Shown here in pieces: positions 36,286 to 45,892 of a stretch of 64,000 nt of DNA. A program made the translations under genes and the position numbers. The notes under the pieces are model-generated. The model was not told the origin of the DNA. It saw only the letters and a program-made list of their open reading frames with translations, and ran no database searches. Positions within the stretch are counted from its first letter, which is position 1. Every line of letters starts with the position of its first letter. Source of the DNA: a virus; the IMG/VR virus record IMGVR_UViG_3300030618_000004; one strand, written 5' to 3'.

Positions 36286-37056
36286 ATGAATCTGTCTAGT
36301 TATATCGCAGCGAAAATATCGGCCATTTTTGCGGCATCGGGAACAGCTAATGCAATCCCACTAACAGCATCTGGCGTAACTTTGCCAAACAATGCATCGT
36401 TCGATGTTGGGTTTCCTAGTGTTACTATGCTTCCAATTCCTTCTGGCGGATTGCCTCCCGTAGGCGCTGATTTTAATGGCATATTTAAATTAATAACTGC
36501 TCTAAATAACTTTCAAAGTGCTGGTGGATTGTTTCCTTACGATTCAGGATTTTCCACTTCGGTCGGCGGTTATCCTAAAGGTGCTGTTTTATTGCAAGCT
36601 GCTGGTTCTGGATTTTGGCAATCTACAGTAGATAACAATGTGACAGACCCGGATACGGGCGGCGCTGGTTGGATCGACCCCGTAGCGCATCAATTGACGG
36701 GCTATTTAACAACAGCTTTGGCGGCGACCACCTATACACCATTAAACGAATTTACCCATGGATCAAATGCAAATGGATTCTGGACGAAACGACCAGATGG
36801 AATAATTGAACAATATGGAATCACTGCGGCATTTACTTCTGAAGGGGGTAAGACGATTACTCTGCCTATTCCTTTTACAAGTTCAATTAATGGATATGGT
36901 GCTACAGTTTATTTAAATAGTCCGACAGACTTCGCGGATCAGGTTGCGCAAGTGTATTCTCCGACATTAACCACATTGGGGGTTTATATGCAAACGATAG
37001 GCGGTGGCACGCCAACATTCCCAATTTATGCAGTATGGTTTGCGACTGGAATATAA
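36286..37056 (+). CDS. tail fibre protein
   Basis: GGLPPVGADFNGIFKLITALNNFQSAGGLFPYD...GGYPKGAVL is a common tail-fibre N-terminal pattern. Confidence 0.6.
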   Translation: MNLSSYIAAKISAIFAASGTANAIPLTASGVTLPNNASFDVGFPSVTMLPIPSGGLPPVGADFNGIFKLITALNNFQSAGGLFPYDSGFSTSVGGYPKGAVLLQAAGSGFWQSTVDNNVTDPDTGGAGWIDPVAHQLTGYLTTALAATTYTPLNEFTHGSNANGFWTKRPDGIIEQYGITAAFTSEGGKTITLPIPFTSSINGYGATVYLNSPTDFADQVAQVYSPTLTTLGVYMQTIGGGTPTFPIYAVWFATGI

Positions 37057-39015
37057 ATGACAATTACGCCTTTAGCATTAGCCTTGCGGGGAAATCAATC
37101 CGTAGAATTATCATGGATTCAAGAGGATGGAAATTTCTCAGCCATACAAACGGCAGTAAATGCGCTAATTGGAGAAAGCTCTGGTCAAATGGTAGCTGAA
37201 GGACCATTTTTTTCCGGGACAGGATTTACGCCCGGAACGACGACCACATTAACCTTATCTCAGTCTTATGTTGCACCACAAAATCTATGGGTATTCTTTG
37301 ATGCTGGTTACCAAGGATTCGATACCTATATCATTTCAGGCGCAACAATCGTATTTAATAATCCGATTCCAGTGGGAACATCGGAAGTATTTATAGTTGG
37401 TGGGACTATTCTTCCGATTAATGCCCCGGCAGCAAATTCAGTTGGCATCAATCAATTACAAGCATCTGTATTAAACTTTTTCACTCAAAAATCAGTTTTG
37501 GCATCCTCAGCCGGATCGTCATCAATCGGATATAACCAAGGCAGTACAGGCGCTGCAACGATCATGCAGCAGGCTAAAAATCAGCAAACAATCAACGTGC
37601 TTGATTTTACTGGGATTGATCCAACTGGATTGACAGATAGCACTACCGGCGTTCAGGCGGCATTAAATTCGCTTGGCACTTCTGGTGGAACGCTGGAAAT
37701 ATCTAATGACACAAAAATTTTACTGAACAGCAACTTAACTGTTCCGGCGAACGTCACCATCAAAGGACAATATGCATTTTGTGGCTCGCCTGGACGTGCG
37801 CTTACCGTTCCATACGGAAGTTTTTCTGCGCTTTTGGTTTCATCATCTGCGACAATTACGCTGGATAGCGGGTCTGGCATTGTAGGCATCTACATATTTC
37901 GCAGCACAATGACATTTCCAGCGGCAAATTCATCTGCGTATGCGGGAACCGCAATAACCGCTGCTGGCGACGATATATTCGTATCGAAGTGCATGATTGT
38001 GGGATTCAACCAGGCGATCAATTCTACTGGATATCAAAGCCCAAGAATTGAGTACGTTTATCACGACAATATTAACGGCATACTTGTCAGTAATTGCGCG
38101 GACATTTCTTATGTAACTAACTGCCATGCTTGGCCATTCGGCACTATTGGCTATGGCGCAGCGGCCGCAAAGGATCAGCGTAGCGGAATCGCATATAGTT
38201 TTAGTTCTGTTGGTGACGATAATAAGATCACGAACTGCTTTAGTTGGAACTACATTACCGGGTTCAATGTCAATGGCACCAGTAGTTTGACACTGCTTAA
38301 TTGCACCGCAGATGCAAATGCCTCCCTGCCAACTACTGGCCAAGTTGGATTCAATATAACTGGGACCAGTAACGACACGCGGTTGATTGGCTGCCAAGCG
38401 TCTGCTCAGCAGTACGGCTATGCGATAGGAACAAGCACAGGTCAGAATTATCACACAAGGATGATCGGTTGCGATTCATGGGCATCTGGCACCGCTGGCG
38501 TAATCGTCAACTCTGGCGATGTTTCTATTATCGGAGGAATTAGCCGAAACAACTTCAACGGAATCGAGATTAACAGCACAACGTCATCAGTCATTATCGA
38601 TGATGTGCGCTTCGCAGGAAATGCTACGTCTGAAATCGCTTTCTTGGTCGCGAACAGCACGGCATATATTGGCAAGGGAAATGACTTTCAGTCGTTCGCA
38701 TCTGGAGTTGTTCCATTTGTGAATCCATCCAATAAAACCGTACCGACCATTGCGGCATCAGACCCGTTATTGCTGCCAAATAATGGTGATACATTCATCA
38801 TTAGCGGAACATTGAGCAGCGGAACTTTGCTGAGTGGATGGGCAGGCAGGGAGGTGATGCTGATTTTCTCTACTGGCGGAACTTTATACGATGCACTCAC
38901 TGGCCCAAACACACTTAAACTAAACGGAAATGCAAACTTTGTACCAGTCGCTAATAGTGCAATCACGTTACGTCATGATGGCGTTCACTGGTTTGAGGTT
39001 GGAAGAAACGCATAA
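37057..39015 (+). CDS. right-handed beta-helix tailspike (probable polysaccharide depolymerase)
   Basis: Repeated PbH1-like coils: VSKCMIVGF, VSNCADISYVTNCHAW, ITNCFSWNYITGFNVNG, LLNCTADAN, RLIGCQAS, RMIGCDSWASG. Confidence 0.7.
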   Translation: MTITPLALALRGNQSVELSWIQEDGNFSAIQTAVNALIGESSGQMVAEGPFFSGTGFTPGTTTTLTLSQSYVAPQNLWVFFDAGYQGFDTYIISGATIVFNNPIPVGTSEVFIVGGTILPINAPAANSVGINQLQASVLNFFTQKSVLASSAGSSSIGYNQGSTGAATIMQQAKNQQTINVLDFTGIDPTGLTDSTTGVQAALNSLGTSGGTLEISNDTKILLNSNLTVPANVTIKGQYAFCGSPGRALTVPYGSFSALLVSSSATITLDSGSGIVGIYIFRSTMTFPAANSSAYAGTAITAAGDDIFVSKCMIVGFNQAINSTGYQSPRIEYVYHDNINGILVSNCADISYVTNCHAWPFGTIGYGAAAAKDQRSGIAYSFSSVGDDNKITNCFSWNYITGFNVNGTSSLTLLNCTADANASLPTTGQVGFNITGTSNDTRLIGCQASAQQYGYAIGTSTGQNYHTRMIGCDSWASGTAGVIVNSGDVSIIGGISRNNFNGIEINSTTSSVIIDDVRFAGNATSEIAFLVANSTAYIGKGNDFQSFASGVVPFVNPSNKTVPTIAASDPLLLPNNGDTFIISGTLSSGTLLSGWAGREVMLIFSTGGTLYDALTGPNTLKLNGNANFVPVANSAITLRHDGVHWFEVGRNA

Positions 39016-39112
39016 TGAATTACATTTACAAAAACAATTTCGCCATTGGCTACATGCTGGCTGACAAAGAAGTTCTGTTTGTATCGCCAATACCAATTAA
39101 TTTACTTATGGA

Positions 39113-40657
39113 TTGATCATGAAAAAATTATTTATACTGTTATGGTTTGTGTCAGCAAGTTTATTTGCTCAGACAAAAATGCCGATTCAATTATTAAATC
39201 CTTCTGGGTCAACATCGGGTCAGGTAATTGAATCAACTGGAGCAACGACTGCGCCAGCGTGGACTACGATTACTTTATTTTCATATCCTAGCGCTGGAAT
39301 ACCTAACTCAACAGGATCGGCATGGGGGTCGTCTTATTCGACGACAGGTACAGGTGCGGTCGTTCTAAATACTGCACCTATCTTATCTGGATTGCTTACC
39401 ACCGGGTCATTAAAAGCTAATGCATCAATATCTGGATCATCTACATCTGGGGCAATTAATTATGGGACGATTAGCTATTCTGATACCAATTTATTCGAAT
39501 CGTATCAAACAAGTGCAAATAGCTATGCTCAATCGATTTGGCAAAACACGAATAGCGGAACTACGGCTTCGACAGATTTAGTTTTATCGAACGACCAAGG
39601 GACTTCCACTACGCACTATGCTAATTTTGGGATTAACAGCTCTGGATTTACTGGTGCAGGGTCATTGAATTTGCCTGGCGCAAGTTATCTTACTGGAACT
39701 ACATCTGATTTGGTAATTGGAACTACAACATCAAACGCGATCCATTTTTTAGCAAATAGCTCTGCAACTGATGCAGCAACCATAACGACTGGAAATGTAT
39801 TCACCTTGATTTCGTCAGTATTGGGTACGCCTAATTCTGGAGTGATAACTAATTTAAGTGGCACATGCGCATCATGTTCAATTGGTGGCAATGCGGCCAG
39901 TGCTACTCTAGCTGCAACAGTAACGACTAATGCCAACTTAACAGGCGTAATAACCAGCTCTGGTAATACGACATCAACTGGATCACAAACAGGTACAGGC
40001 AATACATTTGTTATGAGCGTATCGCCATCCTTAACGACACCGGCGTTAGGAACGCCAGCGTCAGGCGTAATTACTAATTTATCTGGTACTTGTGCAAGTT
40101 GTAGTGTTGGTGGTAACGCGGCAACAGCAACGACTGCGACCAATCAATCGGGTGGAACCGTGGCAGCAACGACGTTGACCGCATCTAGCACAGTCACGTT
40201 ATCACCTGCGTCGGCCAATGTGAGTATTAGTCCAACAGGAACTGGTACAGTAACTATTAACCCATCCACCGCTTCCGCAATGAACAATGTTTCATTGGGC
40301 CTAACTACTCCATTAGCACTTGGATCGACTTCGATTGCACATACATTGCAAGAATTAGATACTGGCTATACTTTCAATACTCCGACGACAGGAGCCACTG
40401 TAACGCTCGCGACCGGCACCGAAACGGCATTAATTGTGCCAGCGGGGACATTGGCAGCATTGACTGTTACTTTACCGGGATGCACAAGCGGATATAATGG
40501 TAGCATTGCGAGGTTTTCTAGCACTCAAATAATCACGGCATTGACAGTAAACGCAACGAGTGGGACTGTAGCAGATGCTCCGACAACGCTTGCTTTGGGC
40601 GCTGGTCACGGATATTTATGCAGAGGCAGCACAACAACGTGGTATCAACTTTATTAA
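39113..40657 (+). CDS. tail fibre protein with an internal duplicated module
   Basis: LGTP(N/A)SGVITNLSGTCASCS(I/V)GGNAA occurs twice. The protein is S/T/G-rich. Confidence 0.65.
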   Translation: MIMKKLFILLWFVSASLFAQTKMPIQLLNPSGSTSGQVIESTGATTAPAWTTITLFSYPSAGIPNSTGSAWGSSYSTTGTGAVVLNTAPILSGLLTTGSLKANASISGSSTSGAINYGTISYSDTNLFESYQTSANSYAQSIWQNTNSGTTASTDLVLSNDQGTSTTHYANFGINSSGFTGAGSLNLPGASYLTGTTSDLVIGTTTSNAIHFLANSSATDAATITTGNVFTLISSVLGTPNSGVITNLSGTCASCSIGGNAASATLAATVTTNANLTGVITSSGNTTSTGSQTGTGNTFVMSVSPSLTTPALGTPASGVITNLSGTCASCSVGGNAATATTATNQSGGTVAATTLTASSTVTLSPASANVSISPTGTGTVTINPSTASAMNNVSLGLTTPLALGSTSIAHTLQELDTGYTFNTPTTGATVTLATGTETALIVPAGTLAALTVTLPGCTSGYNGSIARFSSTQIITALTVNATSGTVADAPTTLALGAGHGYLCRGSTTTWYQLY

Positions 40658-40675
40658 CTTAATGGAGATTTAAAA

Positions 40676-40786
40676 ATGGATGACGATCAAACTTTTCCGG
40701 TTCCTGAATTACCGAATGATCCTGTTGGTGAGGATGAGGAAGATATCGGCGGCGACTTGCCACAAAAACCGGGCGTAAGCAAATAA
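40676..40786 (+). CDS. small acidic protein (36 aa, below the track cutoff)
   Basis: A GGAGAT SD precedes the start. Hand-translated as MDDDQTFPVPELPNDPVGEDEEDIGGDLPQKPGVSK. Confidence 0.3.
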   Translation: MDDDQTFPVPELPNDPVGEDEEDIGGDLPQKPGVSK

Positions 40787-40787
40787 A

Positions 40788-41204
40788 ATGCGCGGCCTAG
40801 AATCTCGATTAACTGCTCTGATTATATTGCTATGGTCGGACTTTTTATCGTGGCATGTTCTACGATTCATTCACACGAACGAGAGCTATCTTTTCGCTTG
40901 TGTGAATTTCAGCTTTTTGACTTTGCTGATTATTCTGAAAAATAAGCCGACGAATCTTATGGTGGACATTTCAGTGTTAATGTTTAGTCAAATGATGATT
41001 CACATTATTGCTTGGTGCCACGTAGTTCTGATAGGTTATCCGAATTTTTATTCCGGTGCAGTAACACTTATTGTTACAATAACCTATTTAAGATTATTGT
41101 GGATAGGTAAAAATGATGGAAACATTTTGGAATATCCTGATTGGCTGCTATTTTGTCGCGATTATAATTTGGTCTGTTTATTTAATAAAGACATTCAAAG
41201 ATGA
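40788..41204 (+). CDS. multi-pass membrane protein (138 aa)
   Basis: About four hydrophobic segments, at the start of the lysis region. Confidence 0.5.
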   Translation: MRGLESRLTALIILLWSDFLSWHVLRFIHTNESYLFACVNFSFLTLLIILKNKPTNLMVDISVLMFSQMMIHIIAWCHVVLIGYPNFYSGAVTLIVTITYLRLLWIGKNDGNILEYPDWLLFCRDYNLVCLFNKDIQR

Positions 41205-41467
41205 ACATAATTATGATGACAGTAATAGACAAAGTGAAAGAGATTCTGGAGTCTCCGGCGACAGGATACGCGACAGCAGGATCAATGTCCGCGATGGGGA
41301 TTCTTGATTTATTTTACCGAGTTACCCAAGATGTTTTAGGCATGATATCGCTGCTCGTTGGTGTGATTATCGGTATCATTGTATTGCGAATCCAACTAAT
41401 CAATCTCCGGCTTAAATTGAAACAAAAGAAAGCGTCCGATGACGCAGAAGAATATGACTCCTACTAA
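41201..41467 (+). CDS. holin-like membrane protein
   Basis: One strong TM segment (MISLLVGVIIGIIVLRIQLI) with a charged C-terminal tail. It lies directly upstream of the endolysin. Confidence 0.45.
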   Translation: MNIIMMTVIDKVKEILESPATGYATAGSMSAMGILDLFYRVTQDVLGMISLLVGVIIGIIVLRIQLINLRLKLKQKKASDDAEEYDSY

Positions 41468-41918
41468 TCTTTTGGCCTTATGCGCCGAATTAACAAATGA
41501 AGAAGGCTCTTGTGCTACAGTTTATTTTGACAATGCAGTTCCTCCAAATCCTTCTATTGGCGTTGGCCACAATCTAAATGTATCACCCCTTCCTGAGGGT
41601 TGGACTACTCCATTAACTGGAAGCCAAATCCAGCAATTATTGGTAATGGATGTGCAATCGAAAGCGATCAGTCCTTTAAATCAATTTATACCGTGGTGGT
41701 CAAGCCTAGATGATGTTAGGCAGCGCGTCATTGCCGATATGTGTTTTAACGAAGGAATAGGCCATCTGATGGGATTTAAATTAATGCTTGCAGCACTTCA
41801 GTCAAATAATTATGATGGTGCTGCTTCCGAAATGGAAAATTCGCTTTGGTATTCACAGGTCGGACAGCGATCAGTACGCTTAACGCAAGCCATGAAAACA
41901 GGAGTAATGCCGTCATGA
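41439..41918 (+). CDS. endolysin, T4-lysozyme-like (GH24)
   Basis: NEEGSCATVYFDNAVPPNPSIGVGHN matches the E...D...(T)IG(I)GH catalytic region. Confidence 0.7.
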   Translation: MTQKNMTPTNLLALCAELTNEEGSCATVYFDNAVPPNPSIGVGHNLNVSPLPEGWTTPLTGSQIQQLLVMDVQSKAISPLNQFIPWWSSLDDVRQRVIADMCFNEGIGHLMGFKLMLAALQSNNYDGAASEMENSLWYSQVGQRSVRLTQAMKTGVMPS

Positions 41919-42172
41919 ATCCAATAATCATCTTAATCGCAAAATTAATCGTCGGACTTGTTTTGTTTAGCGCATGGGTTTATCTCACTCTCTATCCGCA
42001 AACTAATCAAGCAGCAATTGTCAGTTTTATTCAAATGACTTTAGGTGGATTGGTAACTCACCTTGTATCAGGTCAGGCAACAATTAATTTACCTCAATCA
42101 GTAGATCAGCCTAAAATTCAGGCGGTTCAAACTGTTTTACCCAGTAACCAACTTACAGAGGTTTCAAAATGA
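41915..42172 (+). CDS. membrane protein (i-spanin position), start moved to MNPIIILI
   Basis: ATGA overlap with the endolysin stop. N-terminal TM segment. Confidence 0.45.
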   Translation: MNPIIILIAKLIVGLVLFSAWVYLTLYPQTNQAAIVSFIQMTLGGLVTHLVSGQATINLPQSVDQPKIQAVQTVLPSNQLTEVSK

Positions 42173-42495
42173 AACGAATATTAAGTTTTTTGGCAGTAAT
42201 GGCTTTAGCAATTGGCTTGTTCGGCTGCGCGACTACGGCTACGACTCAATCAGACCAAGTAGCTTACGTACAGGCTTGTACAGCTTACGAATCTGGCTTC
42301 TCGGCTGCTTTACAGCTTCGCGAACAAGGCAAATTGAATGCAGAACAAATTTCAGCTATTACGACCTTGGACAGTCAGATATCGACTATCTGCGAAGGGT
42401 CTTTACCTACAACAACGACAGCAGCGACAGAACAAATAACAGCGGCAGTAACAACACTTACCGCGACAATCGCAGTACAACAAGGGGCAAAATAA
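42169..42495 (+). CDS. lipoprotein (o-spanin position)
   Basis: Lipobox MKRILSFLAVMALAIGLFGC. Confidence 0.55.
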   Translation: MKRILSFLAVMALAIGLFGCATTATTQSDQVAYVQACTAYESGFSAALQLREQGKLNAEQISAITTLDSQISTICEGSLPTTTTAATEQITAAVTTLTATIAVQQGAK

Positions 42496-42770
42496 TGGAT
42501 TCGCAATTAGAAAATACAGTAATTAATACCACTGAAGAAGTATTGCCAATTGTGGCTGCTGCATCTGGTAATCCGGCTGTTCAATCGGCTGCTGCGCTGG
42601 CTCCCATCGCCATTCAATTTCTTCAATCTGCACAGGCTATTCAAGCTGCCGGATTGATGACTGAAGAACAGTTGGCGGCTAACTTTGCCAGTGTTGGTCA
42701 AAGTATTCAAGCTACCCATCAAGCCTGGCTTAATTTGAATGCTAAACCAGTGACAACTACTGTCGAATGA
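42495..42770 (+). CDS. A/Q-rich hypothetical protein (91 aa, start at MDSQLEN)
   Basis: TAATG overlap with the lipoprotein stop. The longer track ORF (42276) overlaps the lipoprotein gene. Confidence 0.4.
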   Translation: MDSQLENTVINTTEEVLPIVAAASGNPAVQSAAALAPIAIQFLQSAQAIQAAGLMTEEQLAANFASVGQSIQATHQAWLNLNAKPVTTTVE

Positions 42771-43366
42771 TGTCATTACGGGATTGGGCGCTAATTGCTC
42801 AAGAGTCCTATACAGCGCAGCCTGATTTAGGTAAAAGCAATTCGTCAGGCCGCGTTGTATTCGTTCAAAGCCAGGAGGGTTTGATTCTAGCCATTCCTGG
42901 AACCAACAACATTGAATGCCTTTTGGCTGATATTGATATATTGGCTCATGATGCCGGTGAGTGCGGAATCGTTCATAGCGGCATCTGGAACGCTTTTGAC
43001 GAAGTATGGCTGGATGTATCGCAATTGTCAGTTCATGCGCTTGTAGGCCACAGCGAAGGCGCTGCTGGCGCCATTTTTCTTGCTGCCAGATTGTGTTTAA
43101 TCGGTAAAGCGCCAAAAGTGGTATATGCGTTCGAGCCGCCACACACCAGCATTGACTCAAAACTTGCCGATATATTCACAAAATTCAATGTTGAATTGCA
43201 TGTTTTACGGCATGGGCTGGATATCATCACAACGGTTGCCATTCCGTTGCCTGATTTTCCTTGGCAACATCCGAAGTTATTGGAATTATTTGGAAAGGCT
43301 TGCTTGCCGTTTGATAATATTGAAGATCATTTGATGAAAAACATCATTGCCGATCTTCCTGATTAA
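42767..43366 (+). CDS. class-3 lipase / alpha-beta hydrolase
   Basis: Nucleophile elbow VGHSEGAAGA, with candidate Asp (RHGLDIITTV) and His (NIEDHLMK). It is the last gene of the rightward block. Confidence 0.65.
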   Translation: MMSLRDWALIAQESYTAQPDLGKSNSSGRVVFVQSQEGLILAIPGTNNIECLLADIDILAHDAGECGIVHSGIWNAFDEVWLDVSQLSVHALVGHSEGAAGAIFLAARLCLIGKAPKVVYAFEPPHTSIDSKLADIFTKFNVELHVLRHGLDIITTVAIPLPDFPWQHPKLLELFGKACLPFDNIEDHLMKNIIADLPD

Positions 43367-43668
43367 TGTGGCGGCTGATTGGGATCACGCGGGTCGCATG
43401 GTTCTGGTATATCTTTCTCGCTGAAAACATCAAATGAAGTTATGAACTGGATTAGGTGCAGCGGCCATAAATGAGGTATTCCATCTGGCCTCTCAATTAC
43501 TGCGCAAGAAAAACTACCCACTCCATATTGTGACTTTTGGAAGTCAACACCAAGACCATGAAATAACGCTATTCCATCTTCGACTTTAAGCATAAATGTC
43601 TTGCCAGAATTCTTATCGACAGTTTCAACAAATTTAAACAATCGTACTTTACGCATAACCATCTCCAA
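43363..43668 (-). CDS. hypothetical protein (101 aa)
   Basis: Convergent with the lipase gene. No family recognised. Confidence 0.5.
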   Translation of the reverse strand: MEMVMRKVRLFKFVETVDKNSGKTFMLKVEDGIALFHGLGVDFQKSQYGVGSFSCAVIERPDGIPHLWPLHLIQFITSFDVFSEKDIPEPCDPRDPNQPPH

Positions 43669-43675
43669 AATTGTT

Positions 43676-43702
43676 TAAAAATACCGGGGAATTTCACCCC
43701 GG
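43676..43702 (-). terminator. rho-independent terminator after the DIRRE-repeat gene
   Basis: On the minus strand: CCGGGG-tgaaatt-CCCCGG followed by tattttt. Confidence 0.6.
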
Positions 43703-43710
43703 ATAAATGA

Positions 43711-44319
43711 TTAAACTACAGTTGGATAAGTTGCCCCTGTTGGCGCACCATAGCTGAAAGTACCATGGTCACGATGATGGCCACGGTCATCACAACAACG
43801 ATCACGCTTATGATCATCTTCCAAATTTTTGAATCGCAGAGCATCAATAGTTTGTTGATTGATGAGAGCACGTGTTTGCGCACCATCAGCAACGAGTTGT
43901 TGACCCAATAATGCTTGAGCCAATTGGTTAGCGGCTTGAGACTGAGCGGCAGACAATTGAATTGCAGCCAGAGTTTGGTTGAAATTCGAATTGGTGGTTG
44001 CGGTCAATGCTGCCAAGGCGGAAGCATTGGAGAAGTTTTGAGACTGACCGGCAATAAAATAAGCCGTATCTTGAGCGGTAATGCGGGTCGATGTTTCATT
44101 GATACGGTCTGCAACGTCCCATCCAGATTGTTTCACCGCACTGCGCGTATCACTTGATTCTGATGCTTGCTCTCTGCGAATGTCGCTTGCGTCAGCGGCT
44201 ACTTCGCGCCGGATATCAGCTGTGTCCTGTCCTAACTCGCGGCGAATATCTGCTTCACCACGTAGAACTTGACTTAAATCGACTTGCCCAGTCACGGTTC
44301 CTGTAACGATATCACTCAT
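43711..44319 (-). CDS. DIRRE-repeat protein (module gene R, copy 1)
   Basis: ADIRRELGQDTADIRREVAADASDIRREQ, then a Q/A/N-rich middle and a D/H/R/C-rich tail (DDHKRDRCCDDRGHHRDHG). A paralog starts at 63650. Confidence 0.65.
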   Translation of the reverse strand: MSDIVTGTVTGQVDLSQVLRGEADIRRELGQDTADIRREVAADASDIRREQASESSDTRSAVKQSGWDVADRINETSTRITAQDTAYFIAGQSQNFSNASALAALTATTNSNFNQTLAAIQLSAAQSQAANQLAQALLGQQLVADGAQTRALINQQTIDALRFKNLEDDHKRDRCCDDRGHHRDHGTFSYGAPTGATYPTVV

Positions 44320-44457
44320 GATAATTTCCTTTAAGAATTAGATCGGCAAAATTGCCAGATTTAATTTTAAGGCTCGTAGCGTATTACCAACACATAGTAA
44401 AAGTATTACGAAATATCATATAAAATGAATAAATAAATCGTGTAGGGGAATGCTGAC
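44320..44457. promoter_or_regulatory. divergent control region of the R/S module (copy 1)
   Basis: Inverted repeat GGCAA-N2-TTGCC (44345-44356). Two GTATTAC cores lie exactly 22 bp apart (44381, 44403). All are conserved in the inverted copy at 63512-63649. Confidence 0.5.
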
Positions 44458-44661
44458 ATGACAGACTTTAAACAAGATTGCGCTATGGATACTTACAGCC
44501 ATAAGCTGAATGCAGCTCACGCTATTAAAGCGCGCAAAATTGGAAAGGGGAATGAATCTCTCGGGGTACGCATCGCGCTAGAAAGATTCAATTTAGATGA
44601 AGAAAAAAAAGAGCGCCGGATAAACGATAAGGACAGGCGCAAGCTTATTATGGATTTTTAG
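44458..44661 (+). CDS. small basic putative DNA-binding protein (module gene S, copy 1)
   Basis: AHAIKARKIGKGNESLGVRIALERF is helix-turn-helix-like. A paralog lies at 63314..63511. Confidence 0.55.
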   Translation: MTDFKQDCAMDTYSHKLNAAHAIKARKIGKGNESLGVRIALERFNLDEEKKERRINDKDRRKLIMDF

Positions 44662-44781
44662 CACCAAGTCACGAATTTATAATCAACGGTGCGCTGTATG
44701 ACGCTATGCCTGCCACTAGAATTAGTCCAACTAGCTATTTCTAAATAAGCGTAAGCCAGGATAACAATGCTATACGACATT

Positions 44782-45009
44782 TTAGAATTCATGGCTCAAC
44801 TTGTCCGCGAATTTAAAATGCTTCATGTCGAATGATTCGACGCTGCCATCATCGAACTCAACAATGGCCTTAATCATGCGCACACAGAACCCAGGCGTGA
44901 ATTCCGTATCTTCGCTTAGGAAGCCATGGAAAACGCCTTGACGGTCTTCTGATACTTTTATTTTTCCTCCCTTGACGCAATCTGCTTTATATGTGATTAC
45001 TTTTCTCAT
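44782..45009 (-). CDS. hypothetical protein (75 aa)
   Basis: Last ORF of the unit B leftward operon. Confidence 0.5.
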   Translation of the reverse strand: MRKVITYKADCVKGGKIKVSEDRQGVFHGFLSEDTEFTPGFCVRMIKAIVEFDDGSVESFDMKHFKFADKLSHEF

Positions 45010-45338
45010 GATTTATTCAACTCTTCATTTAGTTTTTCACCAATAGCGGCAGCAGCGCGAACTATTGCGCGTCGGGTGGCTGAAAATTTATCAATATTAT
45101 TAGCCCATAATTCTTGCGCCAATGATGGAAAATTAAATTTTTCATCCGATAAAGTGCTTGATGATTCGGAAAATTCAGATGACGATGCTACAATCAAATT
45201 TAACTTTACTGCCAATCGTAGTGCGTCTCCATCGTCGGTTAAGGGATTGAAATGTTTTTTCATGTCAGCATCCTGACCTAAGTCGGCGCCACTGAAAGCT
45301 GCTTTAAACGCTAATTTCGTAAGTTCTGAATCCGTCAT
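45006..45338 (-). CDS. DUF2591-like phage protein
   Basis: ELTKLAFKAAF...FNPLTDDGDALRLAVKLNL. It is a paralog of 16752..17069. Confidence 0.6.
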   Translation of the reverse strand: MTDSELTKLAFKAAFSGADLGQDADMKKHFNPLTDDGDALRLAVKLNLIVASSSEFSESSSTLSDEKFNFPSLAQELWANNIDKFSATRRAIVRAAAAIGEKLNEELNKS

Positions 45339-45892
45339 GCTGCTCTCCCGTGATTTTCTGTAAATTCATTGGTCAACTGGAATTTTTTAACAGCTAAAGC
45401 GGCCACTTTAATATCATCGAATAGTCCGATATGGTGGCGCTTGCCATTTACCGTCGATTGAGAACACCATCTCTTTGTCTGCTTATGCCAAACCACGCCA
45501 GATATACCAGAAGTGTTGTTCGAATTTAATTTACTGTTACGCTGGTTAATGCCCTTAGGGACATCTCGAAGATTATCAATTCTGTTGTTAAGTTTATCTT
45601 GATCAATATGATCAACTTCACCAGCAACCAAGTTCCCCATTACAATGAACCAAGCAAGTTGATGAGTTCTTATCCTGAATGGCTTTCCCCCATCAAATCT
45701 AAACAGTATTCTCCTATACCCCTTATCATCAATAGTCCCACATTCGACACCACCATACCGAGAGTTCCATCTGAGAGAATCTTTAACTTCAGGCGGCTTT
45801 CTCCGCCAAGTCATAATTCCTGTGTATGCGTTGTAGTAAACCATTCCTGCTGCCTTCGCCGCTAATTCAAGTAATTCACGATCTGTACTCAT
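45335..45892 (-). CDS. HNH homing-type endonuclease with an AP2 DNA-binding domain
   Basis: EVDHIDQDKLNNRIDNLRDV (HNH_3-like) and TSGISGVVWHKQTKRWCSQSTVNGKRHHIGLFDDIKVAALAVKK (AP2). Confidence 0.7.
   Translation of the reverse strand: MSTDRELLELAAKAAGMVYYNAYTGIMTWRRKPPEVKDSLRWNSRYGGVECGTIDDKGYRRILFRFDGGKPFRIRTHQLAWFIVMGNLVAGEVDHIDQDKLNNRIDNLRDVPKGINQRNSKLNSNNTSGISGVVWHKQTKRWCSQSTVNGKRHHIGLFDDIKVAALAVKKFQLTNEFTENHGRAA

Noticed and set aside
39826-40125. The duplicated module in the tail fibre gene, considered as a diversity-generating retroelement template/variable pair.
   Set aside because: No reverse transcriptase gene is present. The two copies differ mostly at synonymous positions rather than at adenine-specific sites. 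This is an ordinary ancient intragenic duplication.
41113-41307. A 64-aa ORF overlapping both the 138-aa membrane protein gene and the holin-like gene.
   Set aside because: Its first 30 or so residues look like a TM segment, but the remainder is charged, low-complexity read-through of the next gene in another frame. I could not decide between a real small overlapping gene and an artefact, so it is not listed as a feature.
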